DNA of 64,000 bases from Callorhinchus milii (lineage: Eukaryota). Position numbers and translations under genes: made by a program. The stretch is from the NCBI RefSeq assembly GCF_018977255.1, contig NW_024704836.1, positions 1 to 64,000 of the forward strand, in the 5' to 3' direction. The notes beneath the pieces are model-generated. The model was not told the DNA's origin. It did not search any database and was given only the letters and a program-made list of their open reading frames with translations. Positions 24,064 to 34,589 of this stretch are shown piece by piece; the first letter of the stretch is position 1; every line of letters begins with the position of its first letter.

Positions 24064-26298
24064 TCAGTCAAATCGCTTTCCGGAAGGAGACTGAGGGGGA
24101 AAAAGAAACAGCAAACAACCTAATTTAGTTTAATTTCACACAACGACTCACGCTCACACATCACCGCTCACACCACACATCTCAGAGTCTCACAACGACT
24201 CACACTTATTGAGTGAAATTATTTTGTTCCTACCTTAATTTTCCATACAACGAAGGATATGAAAACGCCAAAGAGGATACTTTTACACAGCAAGATTAGA
24301 TAGGTTAATTTCCCAGTCACCATCCTCTCCTGAATATCATCTAAGAATCAACAAAAGTCAGTTAATTAATCTATCCCTGTCTCCTCAAGTCTCTATCCAC
24401 CTCCCTCTCTTACCTCAATCCATCCCCTTCATGTCTAGACCAAGTATCCAGTTCTTTACACTCACCTTTTGTAATGAAGGCACAGAGTTCTAGAGGGGAA
24501 ACCAATGAGAAAAAGTTACTGCATTGTACTGCATCACCTGAGGGCTGAGATGATCTCTCTCTCACTCTCTCTCTTGGCTCTCCAGGTCACCCGGGTTCCT
24601 GAGCCAGACAGCGCACTGTCTGACATAGCCGGGCTGGTTGGCCAGATTCGGGAGGGAGCAGACAGGTCATTGAGGAGGGGCTGGGGATTCAGCCGACTCA
24701 GCTCCCAGGCCAAAACCCTGACTGATGAGTTGACGGAGTGGATAGATGTTTGTTAGGTCAGGGTATCAAGGGATATGGGGCCAGGGCGGGAAATTGGAGT
24801 TGAGGTACAGATCAGGCCGTGATCTTATAGAATGGCGGAACAGGCTCGAAGGGCTGAAATGCCTCCTCCTGTTACGATGTTCCCATGAGTTCAACAGTCT
24901 GAGTTATGCAAAGCTTGATAGACAGTGTTCTAAATTGAGGGGTGTCGTGCCGATGAGCCGATACCCTGGAACACTGAGGACCAGCTTGGCTCAGGAATCT
25001 TTGCGTGCGTAGTTTCCGTGTGCGTGTGTGTCACGGTGACAGGTGATGGGATTGTGACCACAGATGTTGGATTTTGTGTGAATCAGATGCCTAACTGAAG
25101 ACGGTTTTGTGTGTGTGTTAGACAGTGACGGACATGCATATGTATATATATTTACCTCCAGTCGGCTCCACATTTGCCTCATGGTTCGTTATAGTAGTTC
25201 CTTCCCCAAAGTGGGTGACGCGGCAGGTTATAAGTTTGGCATCAGCCCAGTCGTTTACAGACAGACGGAGACGACTGGTCACAGAATACGTTGAGCTGGA
25301 TTTTGACTTGAGGGATTTTAAATCGGTGTGAATTGGTCTGCTGTCCTCATTCTTAACCTGTAAAAAAAAAATCCACATTAGGAAATGTCTCGGAACCAAT
25401 TTCAGGGCAGAGCAGACCATCGCTCCGTCTCCACAACCGCTCGGGTTGTCCTTCGGCAGCCGCACTTTCAGCCACTACGCCCGAAACTCTTGCCACCTGT
25501 TCACTCGATTCCCTCCCTCCGCCTTTCTCTCCTTCCAGCATCTTCAGATCGCACATGAAAACAACAACAACTTGCATTTATATTGCCCCCCCCCACCCAC
25601 CACCCCGGGCAGCATCCCAGAGCGCTTAAAGACCTTCCTCTTTGACCATGCCTACAGTCACATTCTCCAATGTCCCCAATTGCACAACAGAAATTGACCA
25701 CGGCTCAATCTCACTGTCTGGTTCCTGATCTGCTTCATGTCCCCACCGACCCACCCCACCTTCAGCGGTGGGTGGGTGGGGGCTGTGGCTCTCAGCTAAT
25801 CTGACCACTGTAACCACTGGGCTACAGGCCTCCAGGGCACAGCGTTGGAGAGTAGAGTTGGCACAGAGAGTGACTGGCAGAGCCTGGCCAACACGTTGCT
25901 ATTTTGTGATCGCAGTTTGTTTCTTTCATTCAAGCTCAGAAACACAAATGCAGCCGTTTGGGGGCAGGAAGTGACGTTAGGGGCAGCCATGATTGATCAT
26001 CATCATGTTGTGAGATTTTTGGTACTGTTGTTAACTTACAACCAGACCCAGTATCTCAGCTCGGATCAGTCACTCGCCCTTTCGCCTCCGAAACGGAAAG
26101 TTGGGCGTTCAAGACACACTCGGTGGCCTCTGTGATCACAGTCTAGGCTGATATTCCGGTGCAGAGCTGGGGGTTAGGGACATTACATTGTCAGATAAGT
26201 GGTCCTTTGGGTGACGTGTTAAACCTCACCCCCCCCCCCAATCTTGCGGGGATTAAAGATCCCATGACACTACTTGAAAACAGAAGGGAGTGTCTTGT

Positions 26299-26329
<31 letters not shown>

Positions 26330-26678
26330 ATTGGCCAACAATCCCCCAAATAAAATTGATCGCTCATTCATTTGCTATTTGTTGGGCATCTCTGTGTGCA
26401 AATTAGCTGCTGCGTCTGTCAACAAATTACACAGTCGCTGAACTTCACAGTATACATTGAAATGTGCTACACCAAATGTTCTTATAATTTTATTGTGGAT
26501 TCTTTAACACTCTGAGAGATACTCACCAATGCACCATCGATTTTCCACTCTATCTCAACTGTGTCCGGGTAAAACTCAGAGACAAGACACACCAATGTTC
26601 CCCAGTTCTCCGTCCTCAGCTCGTCATGGGATGCATCGTAGAGGAAGACTTTGGGGGGTTGTATTTCGTCTTTTGGGC
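24064..26678 (-). CDS. TRBC: TCR beta constant region, 5 exons
   Basis: Exons: 26527-26678 (PPKVFLY..LVCLVSEFYPD..W), 25156-25357 (IHTDL..YSVTSRLRL..W..CRVTH), 24466-24489 (ELCAFITK), 24234-24340 (GKLTYLILLCKSILFGVFISFVVWKIK), 24064-24090 (SPSGKRFD-stop). All GT-AG with consistent phases. Confidence 0.95.
24732..24884 (+). mobile_element. Short CR1/HER1-like 3' fragment flanked by ATGAGTT direct repeats
   Basis: GATCAGGCCGTGATCTTATAGAATGGCGG..CAGGCTCGAAGGGCTGAA tail; ATGAGTT at 24725-24731 and 24885-24891. Confidence 0.75.
26130..26460 (+). mobile_element. Deu-domain-like SINE inside the C-domain intron
   Basis: TCTAGGCTGATATTCCGGTGCAG and TAAAGATCCCATGACACTACTTGAA motifs. Confidence 0.55.
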
Positions 26679-27344
26679 CTGAGGGAGCAATAGAGAGAAA
26701 GAATGAGCGAGAGAGAGAGAGAATGAGGTAGGGCGAGACCGGGAGAAAATGAGAAAGAGTAAGAGTGATGATGAAAGACAGAAAGGGGGAATGAGAGAGA
26801 GAAAAAGAAAATTAGAGGGCGGGAAAGAGAGAGAATGAGAGAAAGAGTTAAGAGAAATAATGAAAGAGAAAAGTGAGAATGGTATCTCTCTCACTCTATC
26901 TCTGTATTTCTTGCGATCTGTCTGTCCATGTCTCTTTCTTTCTCCCTGCCATTCTGTGTGTCTCTCTGTCTCTATCTGTCTGTATGCCTTTCTCTATCTC
27001 TGTCTCTCTGCATTTATCTGTTTCTCTGTCTAATTCTCCTTGTCTCTGTCTGTCCTAGACTCTCTCAGTCTCGCTGTCTCTCTCTATCGCTCTCTCTCTC
27101 TCGCTGTCCTTGTATCTGTCTCTCCGCCTTTTACTCTCACATTGTGCCTGTCTCTCTCTCTCTCTCTTTCTCTGTCTTTCTATCTCTCTGACTTTTTCTC
27201 CCTTTCTCTCTCCCTTTGTCTCTCTTTCCCTATTTACCTATTTCACTCTTCCACCTCCCCTCACCCCAGTAGACAATAAATGTAACGCTAATAATACACA
27301 AGAAAATTAGGTATAGAAAACATAGACAGATGCTGATAGGCAAC

Positions 27345-30300
27345 ATATATAATCATAGAATTATGCAGCACAGAAGGAGGCCATTCGAGTCATTGTGTCT
27401 GTGCCGGCTCTTTGAAAAGAGCTTCTAAATCAATCCCGCTCCCTCACGCTCTCCCAATTGCCTTGTAAACTTGTCCTCCCCAAATAATTATCTACTCTCT
27501 TCAAGGTTGTTGCCGAATCGGCTTCCACCGGCCTTTCAGTCAATGATTCCAGAGCCCAACAACTCGCTGTGTGAAAAAAATGTCTCCTCACCTCCTCTCT
27601 GTTTCTTTTAACAACTATTTTAGTTCGGTCTCCTCGGGTTACCAACCCACCCGCCAGTGGGAATGGTTTCTCCTTGTTCACCCGATCAAATCCCCTCATA
27701 ACTTTGAAAACTTCTACTGAGTCTCCTCTTAACCTTCTCTGCTCCAGGGAGAATAATCCCGGCTTCTCTCGCCTCTCCTGATAACTGAAGTCCCTCATTC
27801 CTGGTACCATCCTGGTCAATCTCCTTTGCACCCTCTCCAATGCCTTGACATCCTTCCTAAAGTGTGGGGCCCAGAACTGAACCCAGTCTCTCGCTGAGGC
27901 CTAACCAGTGTTTTATATAAAGGTTCATCTTAACTTCCTGACTTCTGTAGTCTATGCCCCTATCTATAAAGTCTAGCATCCTGTAAGATTTTTTAACAGC
28001 TTTATCTTCCTGTCCTGCCACCTTCAAAGATTTACTAATATGAAACTTTGTTCCTTCACCCACTTTAAGATTGTACAATCTCGCTTATATTGTCTCTCCA
28101 CGTTCTTCCTTTTAAAATGCATCACTTGGCATTTCTCCACATTAAACTTCATCTGCCACAAGTCTGCCCATTTTACCAGTCTATCCATTTGCAGTCTGCT
28201 ACTACCTTCCTCACTGTTTACTACTTTTGCCAGCTTAGTATCATCTGCAAACTTGGAAATTGTACTCCCTGTAGATTGGAAAGAAAGATTGGCAGGTAGG
28301 TCATCAGACAAACAAATTGGGATTAAAATAAAACAAAAAAAGGAGGCTTGTGACAAATGTCAGGTCCAAAACACACAGAATAATCAAATGGAATATGGGA
28401 AGTACAGAGGAGAAGTGAAAAGGGAAATAAGAGGGGCAAAGAGATTGTACAAGAAAAGATTAGCAGGAAACCCTAAGGTATTTTATAAGCATATCAAGAG
28501 TAAAAGGTTAGTCAAAGGTAGGGTGGGTCCAATTAGGGACCCAAGTGGAAATCTTCTTGTTGAGGCTGATGTACTAAATAAGTACTTTGCAACTGTCTTT
28601 ACAAAAGAAGATGGTGCAACCAATGCCACAATATCGCAGGCGTGTGTACAGAAATTGGATGTGATAAAAATTAACAGAGTGGAGGTACTAAAAAGGCTGT
28701 CGGTGCTCAACATAGATAAGTCACCTGGTCCGGACGGGATGCATCCGAGGTTACTGAGGGAAGCAAGGGTGGAAAGAGCAGAGGCTCTGGCCACAAGCTT
28801 TCAATCCTCTTTGGACACTGGAGTGGTGCCAGAGGACTGGAAGGTTGTAAATGTTACTCCCCTGTACAAAAAGGGGCAGAAGAATTACAGGCCGATCAGT
28901 TGTAGGGAAACTTCTTGAGACTATAATCTGGGACAATATAAATTCTCACTCAGAAAAATATGATCTAATAAAGGACAGTCAACACGGATTTGTTAACGGC
29001 AGATCTGACAAACCTAATAGAATTTTTTTGTGAAGTGACTGAGCGGGTGGATGAAGGTAGTGCAGTAGAAGTAGTTTATCTAGATTTTCAAAAGGAATTT
29101 GACAAATACCGTGGGCTTCATAAGAGACTTATAAACAAAATAGAAGCCCACGGTATTAAAGGGACTGTGGCAACATGGATTCAGAACTGGCGAGGAGACA
29201 GAAAGCAGAGAGTGGTAGTAAACGGTTGCTTTTCTGACTGGAGGGAGGTGTGTAGTGGTGTCCCTCAGGGGTCGGTATTGGGACCACTGCTCTTTCTGAT
29301 CTATATTAATCATCTGGACCTGGATATAGGAAGCACAATTTCCAAATTTGCAGACGATACTAAGCCAGGAAAAGTAGTTAATGGTGAGGAGGATAGCACC
29401 AGACTCCAAGAGGATTTAAACAGATTGGTAAAATGGGCAGAAACGTGGCAGATGAGGTTTAATGTGGAGAAATGCCAAGTGTTGCATTTTGGTAGGAAGA
29501 ATAAGGAGAGACAGTATAAGCTGATGGTACAATCTTAAAGGGGGCAAATGAACAGAGAGACCTGGGGGTCCACATAAGCAAATCTCTGAAGGTGGCAGGA
29601 CAGGTAGATAAAGCTGTTAAAAAAAAGCATACGGGATCCTAGGGTTTATAAATAGGGGCGTAGAATACAAAGTCAGGAGGTTATGTTGAATATTTATAAA
29701 ATGCTGGTTAGGCCTCAGTTGGGGACTGCGTTCAATTCTGAACTTTAGGAAAGATGTTTGGGCATTGGAGAGGGTGCAAAGGAGGTTTACCAGGATGGTA
29801 CCAGGAATGAAGGACCTTAGTGATGAGGAGAGGTTAGCAGCGAAACTAGGATTATTCTCCCTGGAGTAGAGAAGATTAAGAGGGGATTTAATAGAGGTTT
29901 TCAAGGTTATGAAAGGATTCAATAGGTTGAACTGGGAAAAACTGTTTCCACTGGGATGTAGGTCAGTAACCCGAGGACACCAATTTAAGATAGTTGTTAG
30001 AAGAAACAGAGGGGGGGTTAGGAAGCATTTTTTCACCCAGCGAGTTGTTGGGATCTGGAATGCATTACCTGAAAGGGTAGTGGAAGCCGATTCAATAACA
30101 ACTTTCTAGAGAGAAGTTGATGGGTATTTGGGGAGGACGGGACTGCAGGGCTATGGAGAGAAAGCGGGCCGGTGGGATTGAGTTGGAAGCTCTTTGGCGC
30201 AGACGCGATGGGCCGAATGGCCTCTTTCTGTGCTGTATGATTCTATGATACCCAAGTCCAGGTCATCTATATGGATCAAAAATACTAGTGATCCCAATAC

Positions 30301-30610
30301 TGACCCCTGGGGACATCACTGCACACTTCTCCAACCCCCACCACCACCCCTATCACTCAGAATAACCACTGTTCACCACCACTGTCTGCTTTCTGTCTCC
30401 CAGTTCCGAATCCACGCTGCCCCTGTCCCTTTAATACCGTGGGCTTCTATTTTGCTTACAAGTCACTTATGTGGCAGTTTATCAAACGCTTTTTGAAAAT
30501 CCCTATAAACTGCATCAACTGCACTACCTTCATCCACCCTCTCCGTCACTTCATCACAAAACTCTATCAGGTTTGTCAGACATGATTTGCTTTGAACAAA
30601 TCTGTGTAGA
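27345..30610. mobile_element. CR1 LINE cluster in the J-C intron (plus copy about 28270-30250 flanked by minus fragments)
   Basis: ORF2 pieces: NPKVFYK, SPGPDGMHP, YLDFQKEFD, SGVPQGSVLGP, KFADDTK. Confidence 0.9.
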
Positions 30611-30644
30611 AAAACACCAAAAGATTATAAAACACATGAAAGGT

Positions 30645-30960
30645 GGAATCCTGTAGCTCAGTGGTTAGAGCACTCGCCTTGCAAGCGAGACACCTGGGTT
30701 CAATTCCAGGCAGAGGGCAAAACCTTGGGCAAGTTTTCTTACTCCACACAGAGCCTAATAATAATCCCTCCAAAACAAAACAATAATAAATTGGTCGTTT
30801 TCAATCCACGACTGTTTGTGGGACGCTGCAGTTGGCTGCCGCGTTTCACCCACAAATATACGGTCAATTCACTTTACATCATGTTCTGTGAAGCGCTTTG
30901 AGACGTCGAGAAGACGGGGAAAAAAAGCGCTATATCAAATGCAAGGATTATTATATTATT
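30645..30960 (+). mobile_element. Near full-length tRNA-derived SINE
   Basis: Head GTAGCTCAGTGGTTAGAGCACTCGCCTTGCAAGCG..GGTTCAATTCC; tail AGCGCTATATCAAATGCAAGGATTATT. Confidence 0.8.
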
Positions 30961-32808
30961 TTATATAAAACACAAAAGGATCATTAAAGTAAGGAAGGTA
31001 CAGCCATATGGAAACGGAAAGGGGAATCTAGTCATAGAAAATGAGGATCTGGGAGAGATTTTTAATGAGTGTTTCATCTCAAGTTCTCAGAAGAGAGTGG
31101 TCGTGAAAAATTGAGAATACAACAACAACAAACTGAGAGAGACATAGAGAGGGACAGACAGACAGAGAGAAAGAGGGAAATTGGGTCCAATTCTCTAAGC
31201 CATACTTTATAACAGAAAAGATTTGGAAGACTGGTACCAGAGATGAGCAACCACAAATGTGTGGAGAGACGAGAGAGAATGGATTGTTCTACCAACCAGT
31301 CCTACTCCCTCGCTATTATCCCACAGCCCTGCACATCGTTCCTTTCTAAGTAAATATCAAATTCCCTTTTGAAAACTACTATCGAATCTGCTTCCACCGC
31401 CCTTTCAGACAGTGCATTCCAGACCGTAACGTCTTTCTGCGTAAAACCAAATTCTCATCAACTCCCTTCTGGTTCCTTTGCCAATTTTCTTAAACGTGTG
31501 TTCTCGTTTGTCCCACCGACCCACCCACCCACCCACCCACCCGAGGAAACACTTTCTCACTATTTACTCTTATCAAAATCCCTCATAATTTTGAACACCT
31601 TTATTAAATCTCCCCTCAACCTTCTCCGCTCTTTGGAGAACAACCCCATCCTCTCTTGTCTCTCCACTTAACTGAAGTCCCTCATCTCTCAACATAAGAT
31701 ATTCAATAAACAAGCAAGTTAGTGAGTTGTTTTCACAAAGGGTGTTTCGGATACGGAGTATCCTGGCAAGGAGCAGTGTTGGAAGCAGAATCCACGTAGT
31801 CTTTCGAGAGAGAATTAGAAATATATATATATACCCCCCGCCGGATAATAACCCGTACAAAACTCCATAACCCCTCACATTCGTCGTTCCAATAGCTACC
31901 AATATCTGAACGGATCGACTTCAAGATCCCCTCACTTGTTTTCAAATCCTTTCATGCCCTCGCACCTCTCTATCTCTCCAATTTCCCACCTCCATCTCCC
32001 CCCTGGCTCGGGGTCAGACTCTGCCACTGTCGAGCACTCCAGGACACTACCTGGCGTGAAGGGTGCTATATAAATGCAAGTTGTTACGTTTATATAGCGC
32101 TGACAAAAATAAAATCTCTCTCTCTGGCTCTTCATATCTCTCTGTCCATGTCCAACTCCATTCCTCCATCTCTCAAAATCCTCTCCATGGCTCAATCTCT
32201 GAAGCCGGGACCAATTTTACAGCAGACCATCTCGCCACCTCCCTTCTCTGTTCATTCCTTATCTCCATCTCTAACCCTGGGACTAATTTTGCAGCCTGGA
32301 ATACCCAGTGTCTCACTGTTAATCTGTCCATAAATCTGGGTCCCCATTTCACCAACTGCCTCAACTGTTCCCTCCATGTCTCTAACTCTAAATCAAGGAC
32401 CAATTTCAAGGAAGGAATAGACGATTGCTCTCTCACCAATTCCCTCTGTACCTGCATCTGTTTTTTTTATCATCATTGCATCTCATACTCACAGTCTACC
32501 TTACAGAGAGACCACGAGAAAGACAGAGAGAGAGAGAGAAAGCGAAGGAGAGACAAATACAGAGAGAGACTGAATGGTAGAGATTGCAATGGGGATTAAG
32601 AAAGAGACGAAAAGAGATACTGACAGTCAGAGAGAGAGAGAGAGAGGCTTAGAGAATAAACAGAGAGACAGACTGAGATATACACTGAGAGAGAGAGAGA
32701 AAGACTGAGCGAGATTGTGAGAGAGAAACTGAGACAAAGCGAGCGGATTAGAGATGGGGACTGATGCCTAATACACATTTTGAACCAGAGAAATGAACTG
32801 AAACTCAC

Positions 32809-32858
32809 CGAGAACAATTAACTTTGTTCCATCTGCAAAGTAGTTTACACCAGAGGAG
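32809..32858 (-). CDS. TRBJ: J4, non-canonical (SSGVNYFADGTKLIVL)
   Basis: G|GTGAGT donor. RSS on plus: CACAGAG, 12 nt, ATTACAACC. FADG replaces FGXG. Confidence 0.75.
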
Positions 32859-33124
32859 CACAGAGACAGGTGGGTATATTACAACCCTAACATATATAGA
32901 GAGAGAGAGAAGCAAGAGAGATGGAAAGATACTGAGAGGGAGAGGGACTGAGACAAGGCACGGCAGAGAAGGAGAGATATGGATAGAGCGAGAGGCATAG
33001 GAGCTGAGAGTTACATACAAACAGACAGCCAGAGGCTGACAGAGAGATAACTAGACGCGGAGACTGAGACATTAAGTTGTGTCCGATGCTCATATTTGAA
33101 CCAGAAAAATCCACTCAAACTCAC

Positions 33125-33171
33125 CGATAAGGATTAGCTTTGTTCCATTTGAAAAGCAGTTTACATCAGAG
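33125..33171 (-). pseudogene. TRBJ: J3 pseudogene (DVNCFSNGTKLILI), heptamer deleted
   Basis: Paralogue of J4 with matching flanks and intact donor; the 10 nt GAGCACAGAG carrying the heptamer in J4 is missing. Confidence 0.75.
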
Positions 33172-33468
33172 ACAGGAGAAAGATAGAGACAGAGTAGCAG
33201 AGAGAGAGAGAAAGACTGAGAGAAAGAGAGGGAGACAGACAGACAGAAAAAGACGGATTGAGACAGAGAGAGAGACAGAGTTCAGAGGCAAACACCAACA
33301 AGGACATGATGGAGGGTTGGGAGAGAGAGTAGGGAATGGGATGAGAATGGAGAGTTCCAGTGTGGGGGAAAGAGGACCAGAGCAGACCCACGATGCAGGA
33401 GAGAGAGAGCAGGGGTTGTGGGGTTAGAGGACAGAACTTAACCAGGATTTAAAAGGTATTTAACTCAC

Positions 33469-33514
33469 CGATAACAGCCAGTTTAGACCCGCTACCGAAG
33501 AATGCTGGATTGTA
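33469..33514 (-). CDS. TRBJ: J2 (YNPAFFGSGSKLAVI)
   Basis: FGSG motif, G|GTGAGT donor. RSS CACAGCG, 12 nt, poor nonamer CGTATATCT. Confidence 0.88.
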
Positions 33515-33647
33515 CACAGCGAGCAGTGTCTGACGTATATCTCCTGGCTGAGAGACAGTCAGAGACAGAGACAGAGAGGGGGAGAGGTAGACAGAGACAG
33601 GGACAGAGAGAGAGACAGACAGACCCTCACATCCAGTCAATACTTAC

Positions 33648-33695
33648 CCAGGACTCTCAGTCTTGTCCCGTTTCCAAAATACGCAATTGAGTTTG
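33648..33695 (-). CDS. TRBJ: J1 (NSIAYFGNGTRLRVL)
   Basis: FGNG motif, G|GTAAGT donor. RSS CACATCA, 12 nt, ACATAAACA. Confidence 0.9.
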
Positions 33696-34345
33696 CACAT
33701 CATGTCAACGACTGACATAAACACTCCCTATCTCTTCGCCCCATCTTCTTTCACTCGCGCTCTCCTTTTTCCTTCGCTCTCTCTCCCTCGATCTCATTCT
33801 TTCTGTGCCTCTCTCTCACACCTTTTGACCACCACTCAAGCCGGAGGAACTGGATTCAGTTTCCTTGCAGCGCGAAAGGTTGGGCAAGTTTCCTTACTCA
33901 CGTCTCCGGTTAACTGCGCAGTGAGGAGGAACCCGGTTGATAGTCAATTGGCTGATCGCGTTTCCGGAGGCTAACAATCCCTTCAGAACTTGTTTTTTTT
34001 TAAATAATAATTTGGCCGCCGCAATCCACGAATGTTTGCGCAGCGTGCGAATGGCTGCCGGGTTTCACCCAAACGCATACCGTGTCAATTCACGTTACTG
34101 CGAAGTGCTTTGAGACTCTGCTACTCCCCTTCCTTTTTCTCCTTCGCTCGCTTCCTCTCTCAAAACGTTTCTTCCTATTACTCCTACCATGTCTCTCCTA
34201 TCTCTCCCTCTCTCTCTCTCTCTCTCCTGCTTTACAACTAAACCTAACCAGAAGTTACTCGTAAACCCCATCTGTGATGGACCTACAGAGATCCCCTCCC
34301 ACAACTAGTTTTTGTACAGCTGTTACCGAGAGATGTACCACAGTG

Positions 34346-34359
34346 CTCCCTGTTGTCCC
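34346..34359 (-). CDS. TRBD: TCR beta D segment GGGACAACAGGGAG
   Basis: 5' RSS TGTTTTTGA-12-CATTGTG (34360-34387); 3' RSS CACTGTG-23-ACAAAAACT (34307-34345). The core resembles the conserved D-beta GGGACA.. and is open in all three frames. Confidence 0.93.
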
Positions 34360-34589
34360 CACAATGAGAAAGACTCGTTCAAAAACACCCACCGACAGAG
34401 AGAGGGGCAGATAGACCACAACGACTCTTCCCCCCCCCACCCAACACCACCCCTTTCCCCCCCCCCACCCCCCAAACCACCGACACAGCAAAAACACATA
34501 TAAAAACAGGTCAGGCAGCATCTATGGAGAGAGGAAAGTGAGTTAACATATTGGCCTTATTAGCCGTTAATATCAAACCTGTACAGAGG

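Noticed and set aside
28040-30036. Long RT-like ORFs as an active retrotransposon or host gene
   Set aside because: Frameshifted, 5'-truncated CR1 pieces.
31733-31905. Possible alternative terminal exon after J (DYVDSASNTAPCQDTPYPKHPL*)
   Set aside because: Mediocre acceptor, no nearby minus-strand polyA signal and no recognisable homology. The unique sequence remains unexplained.
32493-32499. 7-nt microexon (AG|GTAGACT|GTGAGT) in the J-C intron
   Set aside because: It would frameshift J-C; such signals arise by chance in CT-rich DNA.
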